The notes: a model not told the origin generated them from the sequence alone. Positions 39,344-50,203 are shown, numbered from the stretch's first letter. The stretch is DNA of 64,000 nucleotides from Methanobacteriota archaeon (GCA_020696385.1 JAEHCQ010000003.1:87615-151614), one strand, 5' to 3'. Translations and numbers: made by a program.

Positions 39344-40084
39344 TTATTCCACCTGAGATTCTGAAATAGTGTTTGATGCATTAAATCCTTTGGCTATAAG
39401 CCAGACTGCGAAGACCATTTCCTGGACCGCTATGGGCAGGGACATGATGGCCGGGTCATATCCAAAGAATGTGGCTACACCATAAACGAATACCATGGCT
39501 GCTCCAATAAATCCCCAGCCAGCAAGCCAACGAGGTACCAGACCTGCCCTGTGCACCTGATAGTATATTACCAGTCCACCGAGTCCAAGGAATATCATCG
39601 TCCCTATCCTGAAGGCCAGGTCATAATGGCCCATTAGCTCCGATGATTGGGCTACAAAAAGAGCGGTGTCTGTTCCAGAGGAAACATAGTCCTGACTCAG
39701 TGCCACAATATCCATAATATAAATTATTGCTATTAATATGAAAACAGTTTCCAGTATCCTGAAAATACCATAGCTTGCTGCCAGGGTCTTGTTTGACTCC
39801 TTGAGTACAGGGTACATGTAAATGCCAATTCCGGCAACTGAGGCTGCCAGTATCATCCAGCAAACCATGGATATTGCCATTGAACCCTGATTCTCAGCAA
39901 CCACGATGGGATCGATGGTCTCCCCTAGGAGGGGGAACATGAAGATTATGGCAACAAAGGTTATTGCGGTTGCCAGTATGAACAGGTATCCCACTATTTT
40001 TGCGGTCTTCCTGCTGTTTGCGTTCTCCTTTCCAAGCACATTTTTTGTCATATTTGTCATATTTATGTTTTCCATATTCATCAC
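39344..40084 (-). CDS. DUF4386-like multi-TM protein
   Basis: [30 protein letters not shown]. Confidence 0.8.
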   Translation of the reverse strand: MMNMENINMTNMTKNVLGKENANSRKTAKIVGYLFILATAITFVAIIFMFPLLGETIDPIVVAENQGSMAISMVCWMILAASVAGIGIYMYPVLKESNKTLAASYGIFRILETVFILIAIIYIMDIVALSQDYVSSGTDTALFVAQSSELMGHYDLAFRIGTMIFLGLGGLVIYYQVHRAGLVPRWLAGWGFIGAAMVFVYGVATFFGYDPAIMSLPIAVQEMVFAVWLIAKGFNASNTISESQVE

Positions 40085-40109
40085 CTTTTTGTTTTCTATC
40101 TAAAACAGA

Positions 40110-40164
40110 GTATGCTTCCAAATTACACAATGTTTGAGCCATACATATCTTGTAGTTTAAATAC
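40110..40164 (-). promoter_or_regulatory. Conserved 55-bp promoter/operator, copy 1
   Basis: 45/55 identical to 42138-42192. Contains TTTAAA. Confidence 0.7.
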
Positions 40165-40185
40165 GATGGGCGCGATCAGGGTAAT

Positions 40186-40833
40186 ATGAGAAAAGTAGTC
40201 ATTGAAATCAAACCCAATGAGATTACAAGAGAAGCAAGCAGATCAACTTTTGAGAATATCTATTCATATGAAGTTCTGGAAGTAATAAAGATCGATTATG
40301 CTGGCGGCATATTTGTTGATATAATAGAATGTACCACAAAAGAGGATGTCTTGATTAAAGACCTAAAGATCATAGGCAATATGGAGGTTCTGAATGTTCT
40401 CAAATCCGAGGAAAATAAGCATGTCTGCATGGTTAAGGGCCACGAGTTCCACAATGATTTGGACATGGATCTGATATGGACCACACCCAGCATGGTTTCT
40501 GAAGATAAAATAGTAGTCAGTTTCATTGGTGCTCAAAAAAGTATAATGAAATTTGTTGAACAGACAAAATTGTATGTTGGCGAAATTACCAATATGTCCT
40601 TCCAGAGAGCTTCATACGAAAGGCAGGATATTCTTTCGATATTGACCGACAAACAGAAAAGTGTGCTGACTATGGCCTACAACCACGGATATTATGACAT
40701 TCCCAGAAAGATCAGCAGCGAGAAATTATCAGAGAAGGTAAATATCAGCAAGCCCACACTCATTGAGCATTTGAGAAAGGCAGAAAGACGATTACTTGTA
40801 GAGATCATGGCCGGGTACTCTGAGCCAGAATGA
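40186..40833 (+). CDS. HTH-10 (bacterio-opsin activator-like) transcription regulator
   Basis: LTDKQ..VL..AY..GYYDIPR...LS....ISK.TL.EHLRKAE. Confidence 0.92.
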   Translation: MRKVVIEIKPNEITREASRSTFENIYSYEVLEVIKIDYAGGIFVDIIECTTKEDVLIKDLKIIGNMEVLNVLKSEENKHVCMVKGHEFHNDLDMDLIWTTPSMVSEDKIVVSFIGAQKSIMKFVEQTKLYVGEITNMSFQRASYERQDILSILTDKQKSVLTMAYNHGYYDIPRKISSEKLSEKVNISKPTLIEHLRKAERRLLVEIMAGYSEPE

Positions 40834-40834
40834 T

Positions 40835-41791
40835 TTATTCCACAATTGTCACAACGATCTTTCCTTTGACATTGCCTTCAGCAATATATTCGATGGCCTC
40901 GGAAACCTTCTCCAGAGGATAGGTCTTGTCAATTATAATCTTAATTTTACCGTCCACTGCCATTTTGGCCAGGTCCACAAGCCCCTTGTTCGCCCTGTAT
41001 ATCACGAGCTTGACCTTTTTCCTGCCCAGAGAACCAAAGAAGGCTGCTGTGAACAACTTGGATATCTTACCGCCGATAAGGGCGCAACTGCCGCCGGGTG
41101 CTAGCGATCTCCTATACTGGCCTATTGACCTCAAGCACTTCATGTCCAGTATTAGATTGTATTTTTGGCCATTATGGGTAAAATCTTCTTTTTCATAATC
41201 GATAACATGGTCAGCACCCAATTCCTTCATGAATTCCAGCTTGTCTCCCCGATCCACGCCAGTTACTTCCGCACCCGCGTTCTTTGCTATCTGGATGGCG
41301 ATTGAGCCCACTCCTCCGCCAGCACCGTTGATGAGCACCTTGTCTCCGGGTTTTATTCCACCAAAACTGTTCAGGCCCTGATAAGCCAGCAACCCTGCTT
41401 GGGGAATGGCCGCTGCTTCCACGAAACTCAATTCCTTGGGTTTGTGCCTTATATCATGTTCACGAGCCCTGGTGTACTCGCCAAAGCCACCCCAGGCACA
41501 AGAACAGAGGTCTCCGAATACCTCGTCGCCGGGTTTGAATTTGGTAATCTCACTGCCCACCGAATCCACAATGCCAGCGACATCTGCCCCGAGGACTTTG
41601 TATTGCCGATCACCACGCTTACCAGTATATGCTTTGGCCGGTTCTTTATCTAGCATCTCCCAGTCCCATGAATTGACAGATGAAGTATGGACCTTGACAA
41701 TTACCTCATCCTTAAGTGGAACTGGCTTGGGAATATCCACCATCCTAAAAACCGGAGGTGGACCCTTTGCTTCGTAAATTACTGCTTTCAT
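40835..41791 (-). CDS. NAD(P)-dependent MDR-family dehydrogenase
   Basis: MKAVIY, LGADVAG, NGAGGGVG, GKIVV. Confidence 0.93.
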   Translation of the reverse strand: MKAVIYEAKGPPPVFRMVDIPKPVPLKDEVIVKVHTSSVNSWDWEMLDKEPAKAYTGKRGDRQYKVLGADVAGIVDSVGSEITKFKPGDEVFGDLCSCAWGGFGEYTRAREHDIRHKPKELSFVEAAAIPQAGLLAYQGLNSFGGIKPGDKVLINGAGGGVGSIAIQIAKNAGAEVTGVDRGDKLEFMKELGADHVIDYEKEDFTHNGQKYNLILDMKCLRSIGQYRRSLAPGGSCALIGGKISKLFTAAFFGSLGRKKVKLVIYRANKGLVDLAKMAVDGKIKIIIDKTYPLEKVSEAIEYIAEGNVKGKIVVTIVE

Positions 41792-41886
41792 TGAATTATT
41801 GATAAAGGTCACCTGCCACTATTTCTTCATCATAGCAGCAGGTGTATTATTTTATTGTGTAATATCTTTGCTGGTTTGTCATGGGA

Positions 41887-42009
41887 TCAGTTCAGGTGGG
41901 TCAACAACCAAAGCGCCGCAGCGCCAAAGAAGAAGAACAGGCCAATTCCTGTCAAACCTATCCCTACCTGAATTCCTGTTGCCCAACCGGCATCCTTCTC
42001 GAATTTCAT
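41887..42009 (-). CDS. 40-aa single-TM protein
   Basis: MKFEKDAGWATGIQVGIGLTGIGLFFFFGAAALWLLTHLN. GAGGTG RBS. Confidence 0.6.
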   Translation of the reverse strand: MKFEKDAGWATGIQVGIGLTGIGLFFFFGAAALWLLTHLN

Positions 42010-42137
42010 TTTTTTCACCTCGTTTATTATTTTACTGTTATTCCATTTACAGTAACCGGAGTACGATATCGATTCCCCGGCGCGTTCTGATTGCAAGCTC
42101 GATTTTAGATACTTGTTTTTGTGTCATGTAATACACC

Positions 42138-42192
42138 GTATGCTTGGAAAATACAGATTGCTTGAGCCATTCATGTATGGTAGTTTAAATAC
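42138..42192 (-). promoter_or_regulatory. Conserved 55-bp promoter/operator, copy 2
   Basis: See 40110-40164. Confidence 0.7.
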
Positions 42193-42368
42193 TACAATTT
42201 ATCAATAAGGGCAAAATAAATAAGTGCTGGATACCCTGTTATCTTGCAGAGTGACCTTAAATAAAGTAAAAATGGTTTATATTCACCCAGTCCGCCAGAA
42301 CGATCCCTCGATAAATAACCCTTATTCGGGGAACATAATAAATATTAACAATCGTTATCGTGGTGTAT

Positions 42369-42674
42369 ATGGCTAAGCAGAATTGCTGGGAATTCATGGG
42401 ATGCGGTAGAGAGTTCAATGGAGAGAAAAGCCATGAGCTGGGTGTCTGTCCAGCATATCGAGCCTACCAGGTGAACAAGGTCCATGGAGGCAAACAGGCA
42501 GGTCGCTGCTGCTGGGCAGTGACTGGCACGATATGCGGGGGCAAGGTCCAGGGAATGTATGCCCTCAAATTCTCTAACTGTCAGAAATGTGACTTTTATA
42601 AGCTTGTCTACAAAGAGGAAGGAGAGAAAATAATATCCCCTCACAAAATAATCCATCTTATGAACACAAAATAG
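42369..42674 (+). CDS. Two-CW domain Cys-rich protein
   Basis: NCWEFMGCGRE...CPA...GRCCW..GT.C...C.KC.FY. Confidence 0.85.
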   Translation: MAKQNCWEFMGCGREFNGEKSHELGVCPAYRAYQVNKVHGGKQAGRCCWAVTGTICGGKVQGMYALKFSNCQKCDFYKLVYKEEGEKIISPHKIIHLMNTK

Positions 42675-42735
42675 ATGGCAGAGCATTTTGGTCAGCAGAT
42701 ATTATTTTAATATCAAACACATTTACAGTATCTTG

Positions 42736-45700
42736 ATGGAAGAACTAGCCTTGCAGCACCCAGACCTTATCGGAAGAAATGAGGAATTATCCAAACTACG
42801 ATCATCCCTGTACGATTCGTTCGCAGGCAAAGGATCGACCATCTTTATTTCTGGAGAGGCCGGTATTGGGAAGACCAGACTCGTGTCTGAGTTGAAGAAA
42901 GAAGCCGAGAAAATGGAAGTAAATATCATTCAAGGCAGGTGTATGGCAGAAAGTCTGGAACCCCTGATGCCGATCAGATCATCTCTGAAGGAAGCAGGAT
43001 TATTCCACCTGATATCCGGGGATCCGCCTCCGAACGTGATATCTATTTATCTCATTAGCGATGATGGTAAACTCATATCAAAGGTCGAGAGAGAAACATC
43101 GGAACTCGATCCAGATATCTTCGCTTCGATGCTTGTGGTGATAAACGATTTCGTACAGGAATCCCTTTCGATGATGGATAAGAGTACTGGTGATAGGTTA
43201 AATTCCATGGGCTACGGAAACTTCACGATATTGATCCAAACTCTTGGTAAGATATCTCTCGCCATGGTGATCGAAGGGGCCAAGAGCGAATTTCTCATCG
43301 ATGATATGAAAAGGACGCTGGAAGAAATTGGCAGCGGGTTCGATAACTGGGCTGGAGATCATTCAGATACTTTAGAGGTAAATAAAAAGATCAGGTGGTT
43401 CATGGATTCCGGAAAATACGACGGCAGGTTCATGGCCGACGATCCACAGCTCAAACAGGAGAACCTCTTCGACAATGTGCTCCTCGGGCTCCAAAGGCAA
43501 TGCTCCGATAGACCTACTATTTTGTTCATTGACGATCTCCACTGGGCAGACCCGACCACCCTTAACCTTTTGTGCTATCTGTCAAGGAATTCAAGGAAGG
43601 ACAGACTCCTGATACTGGGCACCTACCGCCCCGAAGACATAGTCGAGTCATGGAATGGAAAGACCCACCAGCTTGCAACCACCATGCAGAATATGAGCCG
43701 TGATAACCTGCTGGAAAATATCGACCTGGAGCGATTGGACCTGGAAGGAACGGCCAGCCTGGTGAAGAGCACTCTCGGAAAGGTCATGTTGGATAATAAT
43801 TTTTATACCCGGATATTCAAAGGCACCGAGGGCACGCCCTTCTTTGTTCTGGAGGTCGTGAAATTGCTTATGGAGGATGGTGCATTTGAACTAGATGATG
43901 AAGGGGCATGGACATTGGTCCACGACATTGATAATTTTGACATACCATCCAAGGTGTATGATGTTGTCAAGCGCCGACTGGACAGGTTGTTAAAGGAGCA
44001 GAGGGAATTGCTCGAGTGCGCTAGTGTGGTGGGAGAGGAGTTCGACTCCGAGATATTGGGTAATATGGTGGGCCTTGAAAAGATGCAATTGCTAAAGAGC
44101 CTGAGCGAGATAGAAAAGACCCACAAACTGATACACTATCTGAAGGAAAGATACAGATTCGATCATGCGAAGATAAGAGAGGTCCTTTACAATGATATCA
44201 GCGAGGAGCTGAGAAGGGAGTACCATAGGATAGTGGGAGACGCGCTCGCGGAAGTGTACGAGGGACGTCAGGAAGAGGTGGTCAGCGACCTGGCTCATCA
44301 TTACCATGAGGCAAAAGACAAGAAAGCTGGATTCTTCTCACTCAAAGCAGGAGATATCGCAAAGGAGAATTATGCGAACCAGGAAGCCATGAGATTCTAT
44401 CGGAACGCTCTCGACTACATTGATGATAGGGTCAGCGTGTTGGAGGCCATCGGTGATGTCCAGTTACTTAATGGTGAGTATGATGCGGGAATAGAGAACT
44501 TCCAAGCTGCACTGAACCTGACAAAGGAAAATATGGCAAAGGCAAGGATCTTGTTGAAGAGCGGAAAAGCCTACGAGAAAAAAGGCGAATATGAAGAATC
44601 CTTGAGAGTTCTGGCTGAAGCGAAGGAACTGGTGGAACCGGATACTGTCGAGTATGGCCAGATCCTTTTGGAAGAGGGGAATTCGTATTTTAAGATGGGA
44701 GGAACAGATCGGGCAATGTCCCTTATTTCTGAGGCTATCAACATCGCTGAGAAAAATGATACGGATAAAAAGGACACGGGCCGAGCACTTGGAGTTCTCG
44801 GAATGATCCATGAAAGCATGGGAGAATATGATATTGCACTTCAGAATTTAGAAAGAAGTCTGAAAATAATGGAAGAACTGGGAGAGCAATCTGGAATTGC
44901 CTTAGCACTCAATAGCATTGGCATAATACACAATAATAGAGGTGAGATGGACACTGCATTGGAATACAAAAAGCGAAGCCTGGCAATAAGGGAGAAGATC
45001 GGGGATAAACAGGGCATTGCCTCCTCACTTAACAATATCGGGATCGTGTACGTTGAGAAAGGAGAACTGAGCACTGCTTTGAAATGCTTTGAGCTATGTT
45101 TGGTGATAGGGGAGAAGATCGGAGACAAGCACGGCATTGCTCATTCGCTTAACAATATTGGCAACGTGCACTATGAGATGGGTGAACTGGACATTACGTT
45201 GGAATGCTACATTAAGAGCTTGGAGGTATTGGTGAATATCGGGAACAAACAAGGCATTGGATTGTTACTCGATAATGTCGGTATAATGTACTATTATAGA
45301 GGTGAACTAGAGACCGCATTGGAATACCATGAACGCAGCCTGACTATAAGGGAGGAGATCGGAGACAAGCAGGGCGCGGCATTAGCACTCGACAACATCG
45401 GCAACGTATACCATGAAAAGGGTGAACTGGACACTGCAATGGAGTTCCACGAACGCAGCCTGGGCATATGCCTAGAGATTGGAGATAAATTGCTATCTAT
45501 CTATGATTATTCCAGTATTTCAGAGATACATATTGAGCTTGCGAATATCCCGGTAGCCCTCGATTACGCCAAAAAGGCGGTTGGGATCGCGGTCGAGATC
45601 GGTGCAAAGGAGGAGGAGGGCATGAGCCTCAGAGTGCTCGGGATGATATATCGCGAAAAGGAGGAGTGGAACAGATCGAACGAGGAGTTCAGGAAGGCCA

Positions 45701-45897
45701 GGATCATTTTCGAAGATACAGGCAATAAAAGGGAGCTGACAAGGCTATTTTATGAGTATGGACTTCTATGGAAGGCGAGGAACGAACCTGCCAAAGCCAA
45801 TGAATATTTCGACAAAGCTCTCTCTGGGTTCGAACATATGGGCATGAAGCTGTGGACCGAGAAGTGTCAGAAGGCATTATCTGAGCTTGATATATAA
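42736..45897 (+). CDS. STAND/AAA ATPase with an inserted longin/roadblock-like domain and a C-terminal TPR array
   Basis: LIGR..E, GEAGIGKT, IDDLHWAD, EGTPFF, F.H..IREVLY, many 40-aa TPR units. Confidence 0.9.
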   Translation: MEELALQHPDLIGRNEELSKLRSSLYDSFAGKGSTIFISGEAGIGKTRLVSELKKEAEKMEVNIIQGRCMAESLEPLMPIRSSLKEAGLFHLISGDPPPNVISIYLISDDGKLISKVERETSELDPDIFASMLVVINDFVQESLSMMDKSTGDRLNSMGYGNFTILIQTLGKISLAMVIEGAKSEFLIDDMKRTLEEIGSGFDNWAGDHSDTLEVNKKIRWFMDSGKYDGRFMADDPQLKQENLFDNVLLGLQRQCSDRPTILFIDDLHWADPTTLNLLCYLSRNSRKDRLLILGTYRPEDIVESWNGKTHQLATTMQNMSRDNLLENIDLERLDLEGTASLVKSTLGKVMLDNNFYTRIFKGTEGTPFFVLEVVKLLMEDGAFELDDEGAWTLVHDIDNFDIPSKVYDVVKRRLDRLLKEQRELLECASVVGEEFDSEILGNMVGLEKMQLLKSLSEIEKTHKLIHYLKERYRFDHAKIREVLYNDISEELRREYHRIVGDALAEVYEGRQEEVVSDLAHHYHEAKDKKAGFFSLKAGDIAKENYANQEAMRFYRNALDYIDDRVSVLEAIGDVQLLNGEYDAGIENFQAALNLTKENMAKARILLKSGKAYEKKGEYEESLRVLAEAKELVEPDTVEYGQILLEEGNSYFKMGGTDRAMSLISEAINIAEKNDTDKKDTGRALGVLGMIHESMGEYDIALQNLERSLKIMEELGEQSGIALALNSIGIIHNNRGEMDTALEYKKRSLAIREKIGDKQGIASSLNNIGIVYVEKGELSTALKCFELCLVIGEKIGDKHGIAHSLNNIGNVHYEMGELDITLECYIKSLEVLVNIGNKQGIGLLLDNVGIMYYYRGELETALEYHERSLTIREEIGDKQGAALALDNIGNVYHEKGELDTAMEFHERSLGICLEIGDKLLSIYDYSSISEIHIELANIPVALDYAKKAVGIAVEIGAKEEEGMSLRVLGMIYREKEEWNRSNEEFRKARIIFEDTGNKRELTRLFYEYGLLWKARNEPAKANEYFDKALSGFEHMGMKLWTEKCQKALSELDI

Positions 45898-45998
45898 CTA
45901 AAACGAATTTGTGCTGGATAGACGATTTGGTTATGCAAACCAAAATAATTATAAAAAAAGTCAAGTAGTTCCTCCCCCTTCTCTGCCTCCGTGATAAT

Positions 45999-47126
45999 AT
46001 GGCAGACCCACGTGTAGAGAAATTGGCTAAGCTTGTTGTGAACTATTCAGTAAGGTGTAAGAAGGACGATATGATCCTCGTTAGAGCCCCCCCGGCGGCA
46101 GAACCTCTGGCATTGGAGATGTACAGGGAGATCCTAAAGGCTGGAGGCCATCCGATAATGAGCATCAATTTCGAAAGACAGCAGGAGATATTCTACGATG
46201 TGGCAAAGGACCACCAGCTGAACCACACTTCCCCGTACAGCAAATTCCTTTACGAGAACCTTGACGGATTGATCGGGATATCCGCAGATTCCAATACAAG
46301 GGCTCTGTCCAGTGTTGATTCGAAAAAGATAGCCAAGACCTCGAAGGCCAGCACCCCTCTCCGCGAGATAATGATGAAGAGAGGTTTCATAGGCGCGAAG
46401 CACGAGCTGAAATGGTGCGGGCTGGCATACCCTACCAATGGGCTTGCACAGGAGGCCAGCATGTCCTTGACAGAATACGAGGATTTTGTTTATTCAGCCT
46501 GCCTGGTTGACAAGAAGGACCCTGTTGCCGAGTGGAAGAAGGTTTCAAAGAGCCAGGAGGCGATGGTGAAGTATCTGAACAAGGTTGACAAGCTTGAATT
46601 CTACGGTGAGGATACAGAGCTTAAGATGTCTGTCAAAGGCAAGGTCTGGGTCAACTCAGATGGCAAGCACAATATGCCAAGTGGCGAAGTGTTCTCCGCG
46701 CCCAGGATGGGGCAGGTTGACGGCCATATACGATTCACTTATCCAGGAGTTTACATGGGTAAGGAGGTCGAGGATATTACACTTGAATTCAAGAAGGGAA
46801 AGGTCGTGAAGGCGAAGGCTGAGAAAGGTGAGGACCTTCTCAAAAGCCTACTGGCCATAGATGATGGTGCAAAGATGCTTGGTGAAGTTGCCATTGGAAC
46901 TAACACCGGCATCAAGCAGTTCACCAAGAAAATTCTGTTCGATGAGAAGCTGGGCGGAACGATCCACATGGCCATTGGAGCGGAGTACATGGACTGCAAG
47001 GGCACTGCCAAGACCATCAACAGATCTGCGGTGCACTGGGACATTATCAAGGACATGAAGAAAGGCGGAGAGATCATTGCCGATGGTGTTACGGTTTACA
47101 AGAATGGCAAGTGGCTGATGAAATAA
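45999..47126 (+). CDS. Aminopeptidase, M29 family (paralog of 25342)
   Basis: NMPSGEVF, LGEVAIG, FDEK, HWD. Confidence 0.95.
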   Translation: MADPRVEKLAKLVVNYSVRCKKDDMILVRAPPAAEPLALEMYREILKAGGHPIMSINFERQQEIFYDVAKDHQLNHTSPYSKFLYENLDGLIGISADSNTRALSSVDSKKIAKTSKASTPLREIMMKRGFIGAKHELKWCGLAYPTNGLAQEASMSLTEYEDFVYSACLVDKKDPVAEWKKVSKSQEAMVKYLNKVDKLEFYGEDTELKMSVKGKVWVNSDGKHNMPSGEVFSAPRMGQVDGHIRFTYPGVYMGKEVEDITLEFKKGKVVKAKAEKGEDLLKSLLAIDDGAKMLGEVAIGTNTGIKQFTKKILFDEKLGGTIHMAIGAEYMDCKGTAKTINRSAVHWDIIKDMKKGGEIIADGVTVYKNGKWLMK

Positions 47127-47244
47127 GCCATTCCCCGAGTGAGCAGGTCAACCAGATTAGTGCTAGGAATTCGAACTATAAATCATTAAATAGATTTATC
47201 TATATTGATTGACTATTATGTATGGGGATATAGGAGGATGACTT

Positions 47245-48693
47245 ATGACGGATGATAAGAAAAAAACATTGACAACAGCTGCGGGCATTCCTGTGGCAGA
47301 TAACCAGAGCTCATTAACAGCGGGACCTAGAGGACCTACTTTACTTCAGGACCATCATCTTCTGGAGAAGCTGGCTCATTTCAATAGAGAAAGAATTCCT
47401 GAAAGAGTGGTTCATGCAAAAGCGGTCGGAGCCCATGGAACCTTGACCATCACGAATGACATTACACGATTCACCAAGGCAAAGGTCTTTTCGGAGATCG
47501 GGAAAAAGACACCCATGTTCGGTCGTTTTTCGACAGTGGCCGGAGAAAAAGGCTCCGCAGACACAGTTCGTGATGTCAGAGGTTTTGCCCTAAAATTCTA
47601 CACAGACGAGGGTAACTGGGACATGGTGGGGAACAATACACCCACATTTTTCATCCGTGACGCGATCAAATTCCCGGATTTCATTCATACCCAGAAGAGA
47701 ATGGCTCAGACAAATCTAAGGTCACACACCATGTGGTGGGATTTCTGGTCCCAAGTTCCCGAGGCCCTTCATCAGGTTACAATCCTCTTTTCAGATAGGG
47801 GAATACCTGCTGGCATACCCTACATGAACGGTTATGGAAGCCACACATATAGCTTCATCAATGCAGAAAATGAGAGGTTCTGGGTGAAGTTCCATTTCAA
47901 GACCCAGCAGGGTATCAGGAATATGATGCAGGATGAGGCAGATAAAATAGCTGGCAAGAACCCGGATTATCATACTGAGCAACTCTTTGACCTTATAGAG
48001 AAAGGCGAGTATCCAAAATGGACCCTGTATGTCCAGGTTATGCCTGAAGCAGAGGCAGAGGACTATCGATGGAACCCCTTTGATCTGACAAAGGTCTGGC
48101 CCCATGGAGATTATCCATTGTATGAGGTCGGGATCATGGAACTGAACAAGAATCCACAGAACTACTTTGCAGAGGTTGAGCAATCAGCCTTTTCACCAGC
48201 TAATGTAGTACCTGGCATATCATTCTCCCCATGCAAGATGCTTCAAGCCAGAATTTTCTCATATGCTGATGCCTCAAGGTACAGATTGGGTGTGAATTTC
48301 GAGCACCTCCCCATCAACAGGCCGAAGGTCGATGTGCACAATTACCAGAGGGACGGGCATATGCGCTTTGATGGAAATGGAGGACCATCTGTGATTTACG
48401 AGCCAAACAGCTTTGGAGGTCCAAAGGCAGACCCCGCATTCAAGGAACCACCACTGAAAATAACAGGCGATGCTGATTGGTACGAGCAGAAAAGAGGAGT
48501 AGATGAGGATTATACCCAGCCAGGCAATTTGTATCGACTTCTTCCAGAGGATGAGAAACAAAGACTGGTGGCAAACTTATGTTCCAGCCTTTCTCAGGTC
48601 TCCACAGAGCTTCAGGATAAGATGATCGCACATTTCAGGAAGGCTGACCAGGATTATGGAGACAAGATTGCCAAGACCCTGAACCGACAATGA
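47245..48693 (+). CDS. katA: Monofunctional small-subunit heme catalase
   Basis: [28 protein letters not shown]. Confidence 0.95.
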   Translation: MTDDKKKTLTTAAGIPVADNQSSLTAGPRGPTLLQDHHLLEKLAHFNRERIPERVVHAKAVGAHGTLTITNDITRFTKAKVFSEIGKKTPMFGRFSTVAGEKGSADTVRDVRGFALKFYTDEGNWDMVGNNTPTFFIRDAIKFPDFIHTQKRMAQTNLRSHTMWWDFWSQVPEALHQVTILFSDRGIPAGIPYMNGYGSHTYSFINAENERFWVKFHFKTQQGIRNMMQDEADKIAGKNPDYHTEQLFDLIEKGEYPKWTLYVQVMPEAEAEDYRWNPFDLTKVWPHGDYPLYEVGIMELNKNPQNYFAEVEQSAFSPANVVPGISFSPCKMLQARIFSYADASRYRLGVNFEHLPINRPKVDVHNYQRDGHMRFDGNGGPSVIYEPNSFGGPKADPAFKEPPLKITGDADWYEQKRGVDEDYTQPGNLYRLLPEDEKQRLVANLCSSLSQVSTELQDKMIAHFRKADQDYGDKIAKTLNRQ

Positions 48694-48702
48694 GAATTTA
48701 AC

Positions 48703-49128
48703 ATGAAAGCTGACCTTATAGCCCCTTGTGGCATGAACTGCTGTCTATGCTTGGGCTATATCCGGGAAAAGAACACTTGTCCAGGTTGCCGAATTATAAT
48801 GGCCCAGGAAACTCCGAAATCCAAATCCAGAAGGTCCTGCATCATACGTGAATGTGATGAGTTGGCCAGCTTGAAATTGAAACATTGTTCTCCAAAGTGC
48901 CATAAGTATCCATGTACCAGGCTGAAAAATCTGGACAAGCGATATCGTACAAAATACGGTATGAGCATGCTGGAGAACCTGGCCATGATCGAAGAAGCTG
49001 GTGTCAGGAACTTTATCAGGGCAGAAAAACAAAAATGGACCTGTCCCGAATGCGGAATATACCTCTGTGTTCACAGGCAGACATGTATCGAATGTGGCAC
49101 AGAACGTCCAACTCCCGAAACTCAATAA
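48703..49128 (+). CDS. DUF3795-like Cys-rich protein
   Basis: IAPCGMNC..C...CPGC...C.I..C...C...C..YPC. Confidence 0.8.
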   Translation: MKADLIAPCGMNCCLCLGYIREKNTCPGCRIIMAQETPKSKSRRSCIIRECDELASLKLKHCSPKCHKYPCTRLKNLDKRYRTKYGMSMLENLAMIEEAGVRNFIRAEKQKWTCPECGIYLCVHRQTCIECGTERPTPETQ

Positions 49129-49150
49129 ACTCCATAAACTCTATAAACTC
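49109..49150. repeat. 9-bp tandem repeat (AAACTCnAT), about 4.5 units
   Basis: caactcccg aaactcaat aaactccat aaactctat aaactc. Confidence 0.75.
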
Positions 49151-49179
49151 CTGCTCCTTTTTACCCTCAAGGTGAAAAA

Positions 49180-49947
49180 ATGGACAAATTAGAAGCATTG
49201 AAAGCACTGGATGTCACTGTCAGTATGAAGGGTACGGCAGATGCCATACGCGGTGCCATCGATATGCTGAGCTTTGAAGTGAAGAGTGCGAAGGAGTGCA
49301 GTCTCAAGGACAAGGAGATCCTTGAGCTTATCAATACCAAGTTGAGAGAGGTCGAAGAGGAATTCTACCGACCACTGGACGACCCGACTATATTCGAATA
49401 TCTGCAGGGTATCGCGGCAACCGCCAACCAGATCGAATTGGAGAATTATTGCGATGATCAGATGAACCTGTTGAAGGCCAATGATCTGCATTATGAAGGC
49501 TACACCGCGCTGTACTATGGAAACTGCGTGGAAGCCACCCGCCTGCTTGGCGAGGCTTACAAGACCTACCCGAACCACCCACTGGCGAAGATCGACATGG
49601 ACAAGGCCCAGAAGAGACTGGACAAAGCACCAGCGGAGTTAAAAAAGCTGGAGAATCAAATTGAGAAAAATCCAGACAAGTCGGCTATCTGGCTGAAGAA
49701 GGCTGGTGCCCTCGTCACAATGGGGAAGATGGAAGAAGCACTGCCCGCATTCGATGAGGCAATAGAGCTTGATCCGGAAGACCCCAATGCACTGGCAAAG
49801 AAGGGCGCGGCCCTGGAAGGTCTTGGCAGATGGGAAGAGGCAGTTCCGCTATTCGAGAAAGCCCTCGCCATCAAACCCAAGAGCCAGATCGCCAAAAAGG
49901 GTATGAACCTGGCCAAGTTCTTAGGTGGACTGGATATCGAAATATAA
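49180..49947 (+). CDS. TPR protein
   Basis: C-terminal canonical TPRs. AAGGTG RBS. Confidence 0.85.
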   Translation: MDKLEALKALDVTVSMKGTADAIRGAIDMLSFEVKSAKECSLKDKEILELINTKLREVEEEFYRPLDDPTIFEYLQGIAATANQIELENYCDDQMNLLKANDLHYEGYTALYYGNCVEATRLLGEAYKTYPNHPLAKIDMDKAQKRLDKAPAELKKLENQIEKNPDKSAIWLKKAGALVTMGKMEEALPAFDEAIELDPEDPNALAKKGAALEGLGRWEEAVPLFEKALAIKPKSQIAKKGMNLAKFLGGLDIEI

Positions 49948-49970
49948 AACAGATCCGAGCATCTTATCAG

Positions 49971-50192
49971 CAGAGCATATTCTCAACAATGAATATACGG
50001 ATCAATACAAACATGCCCCGTCCCGAGTGACGCAGGGTCGGGGTACTATATTCGATAAGAATTCAAGTGACAGTAGCGATGTGCTAGTAAGAAGATTAAC
50101 TCCTCGCTCTTTCAATGCGAGGAGTCAAATAAAGCTCCGCCCCAATCAAAGCAGGGGCGGAGTCCTTATCCACACCCAGCCTAACAAATCCG
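49971..50192 (+). mobile_element. Multi-hairpin repeat element, copy B
   Basis: Colinear with 11027-11242. Confidence 0.7.
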
Positions 50193-50203
50193 TGAGTATC
50201 CTT

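Noticed and set aside
40098-40142. Conserved leader peptide MAQ..C...AY.VL in both 55-bp motifs
   Set aside because: The ATG is only about 20 nt from the TATA start, probably upstream of the TSS. Changes are mostly non-synonymous and ORF lengths differ.
44780-45500. DGR template/variable repeat among 120-bp repeats
   Set aside because: In-frame TPR units with differences at all base types, and no reverse transcriptase in the window.
25342-47126. Segmental duplication suggested by two similar aminopeptidases
   Set aside because: Diverged paralogs with unrelated flanking genes.
47245-48693. Catalase in a probable anaerobe as a novelty
   Set aside because: Heme catalases are well known in anaerobic archaea.
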